A stretch of DNA of 63,793 bases, counting the filler, from Octopus bimaculoides (lineage: Eukaryota): assembly GCF_001194135.2 (NCBI RefSeq). It is 4 parts of 4 records of this genome, joined end to end, with 100 filler letters (N's around TTAATTAATTAA, not from the genome) between each part and the next. Parts side by side here need not be neighbours in the genome. Positions count along the whole stretch, not along the records: positions 61,377 to 63,793 come from NW_026434551.1; 3 more parts are not named here. One strand, given 5' to 3'. Of the stretch, positions 63,213-63,793 are shown piece after piece. The stretch's first letter is position 1. Every line of letters begins with the position of its first letter. Both the position numbers and the translations under genes were made by a program. The notes beneath the pieces were generated by a model. It did no database searches. It was not told the origin of the DNA and worked only from the letters and a program-made list of their open reading frames with translations.

Positions 63213-63405
63213 AAGGGGATTGGAAAAAGCGTCAGGGCGTTGGAAAAATATCTTGCATTATTTGTTCCGAGCCTTTAAGTTCTGAGTTCAAATCTCACCG
63301 AGGTCAGCTCTTTCATTCCCCCACTCCGGGCCGATAAAACACTTGTTAAGTATTGAGGTGGACATCATCAGTTAACCCTACCCACATTGGATAATTGCCT
63401 GCCCA
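63213..63405 (+). mobile_element. Old diverged SINE family B-like copy
   Basis: aagttctgagttcaaatctcaccgaggtc...ggggccgataaaa. Confidence 0.6.
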
Positions 63406-63422
63406 AATTATAAACAATTAAT

Positions 63423-63584
63423 CTTTTCTACTGTAGGAACAAGGTCCAAAATTTTTGGGGAGGGGGCCAGTCTATTAGATCGACCCCAGTACGCAACTGG
63501 TACTTAATTTATCAACCCCGAAAAGATGAAAGGCTAGTCGACCTCGGCGGAATTTGAGCTCAAAACATAAAGACAGACGAAATA
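63423..63584 (-). mobile_element. SINE family B, 5'-truncated, with 16-bp TSD
   Basis: attataaacaattaat (63407-63422) / attataaagaattaat (63585-63600). Confidence 0.9.
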
Positions 63585-63761
63585 ATTATAAAGAATTAAT
63601 AAAACGATATATCATCAAGTAATTTAAATTCCCTGAACATGTCACTCTCTTATACACACACTTACACACACATATGTAAGTATACATACATAGATACTTC
63701 ACATACATAACTATATATATGTATGTGTGTGCGTGTATATATATATGTATATGCATTATGC

Positions 63762-63793
<32 letters not shown>

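Overview
AT-rich, repeat-saturated animal genomic scaffold; roughly one sixth is N-gaps, most bordered by (AT)n. The SINE and microsatellite landscape resembles an octopus/coleoid genome (inference from recalled repeat families, not verified). No intact host gene is recognisable. The long ORFs in the track are N-runs, microsatellite read-throughs or decayed retrotransposon coding sequence. The window contains: (1) Penelope-like (PLE) relics with GIY-YIG and RT fragments, plus several foldback elements with minimal hammerhead-ribozyme motifs, one of which also carries a tRNA-like Pol III head; (2) many R4/Dong-like RLE retrotransposons stacked in one orientation inside (TAA)n tracts, including a ~3.4 kb near-full-length copy; (3) a CRE-like RLE element, two Tx1/L1-like pieces and a CR1/L2-like 3' end; (4) at least three tRNA-derived SINE families, several copies with clear 12-16 bp target-site duplications; (5) MITE-like and HINE-like elements; (6) a few weak splice-flanked exon candidates. 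The best novelty candidate is a tRNA-headed, hammerhead-bearing, TSD-flanked foldback retroelement whose arm/tail asymmetry mirrors the coding PLE relic in the same window.
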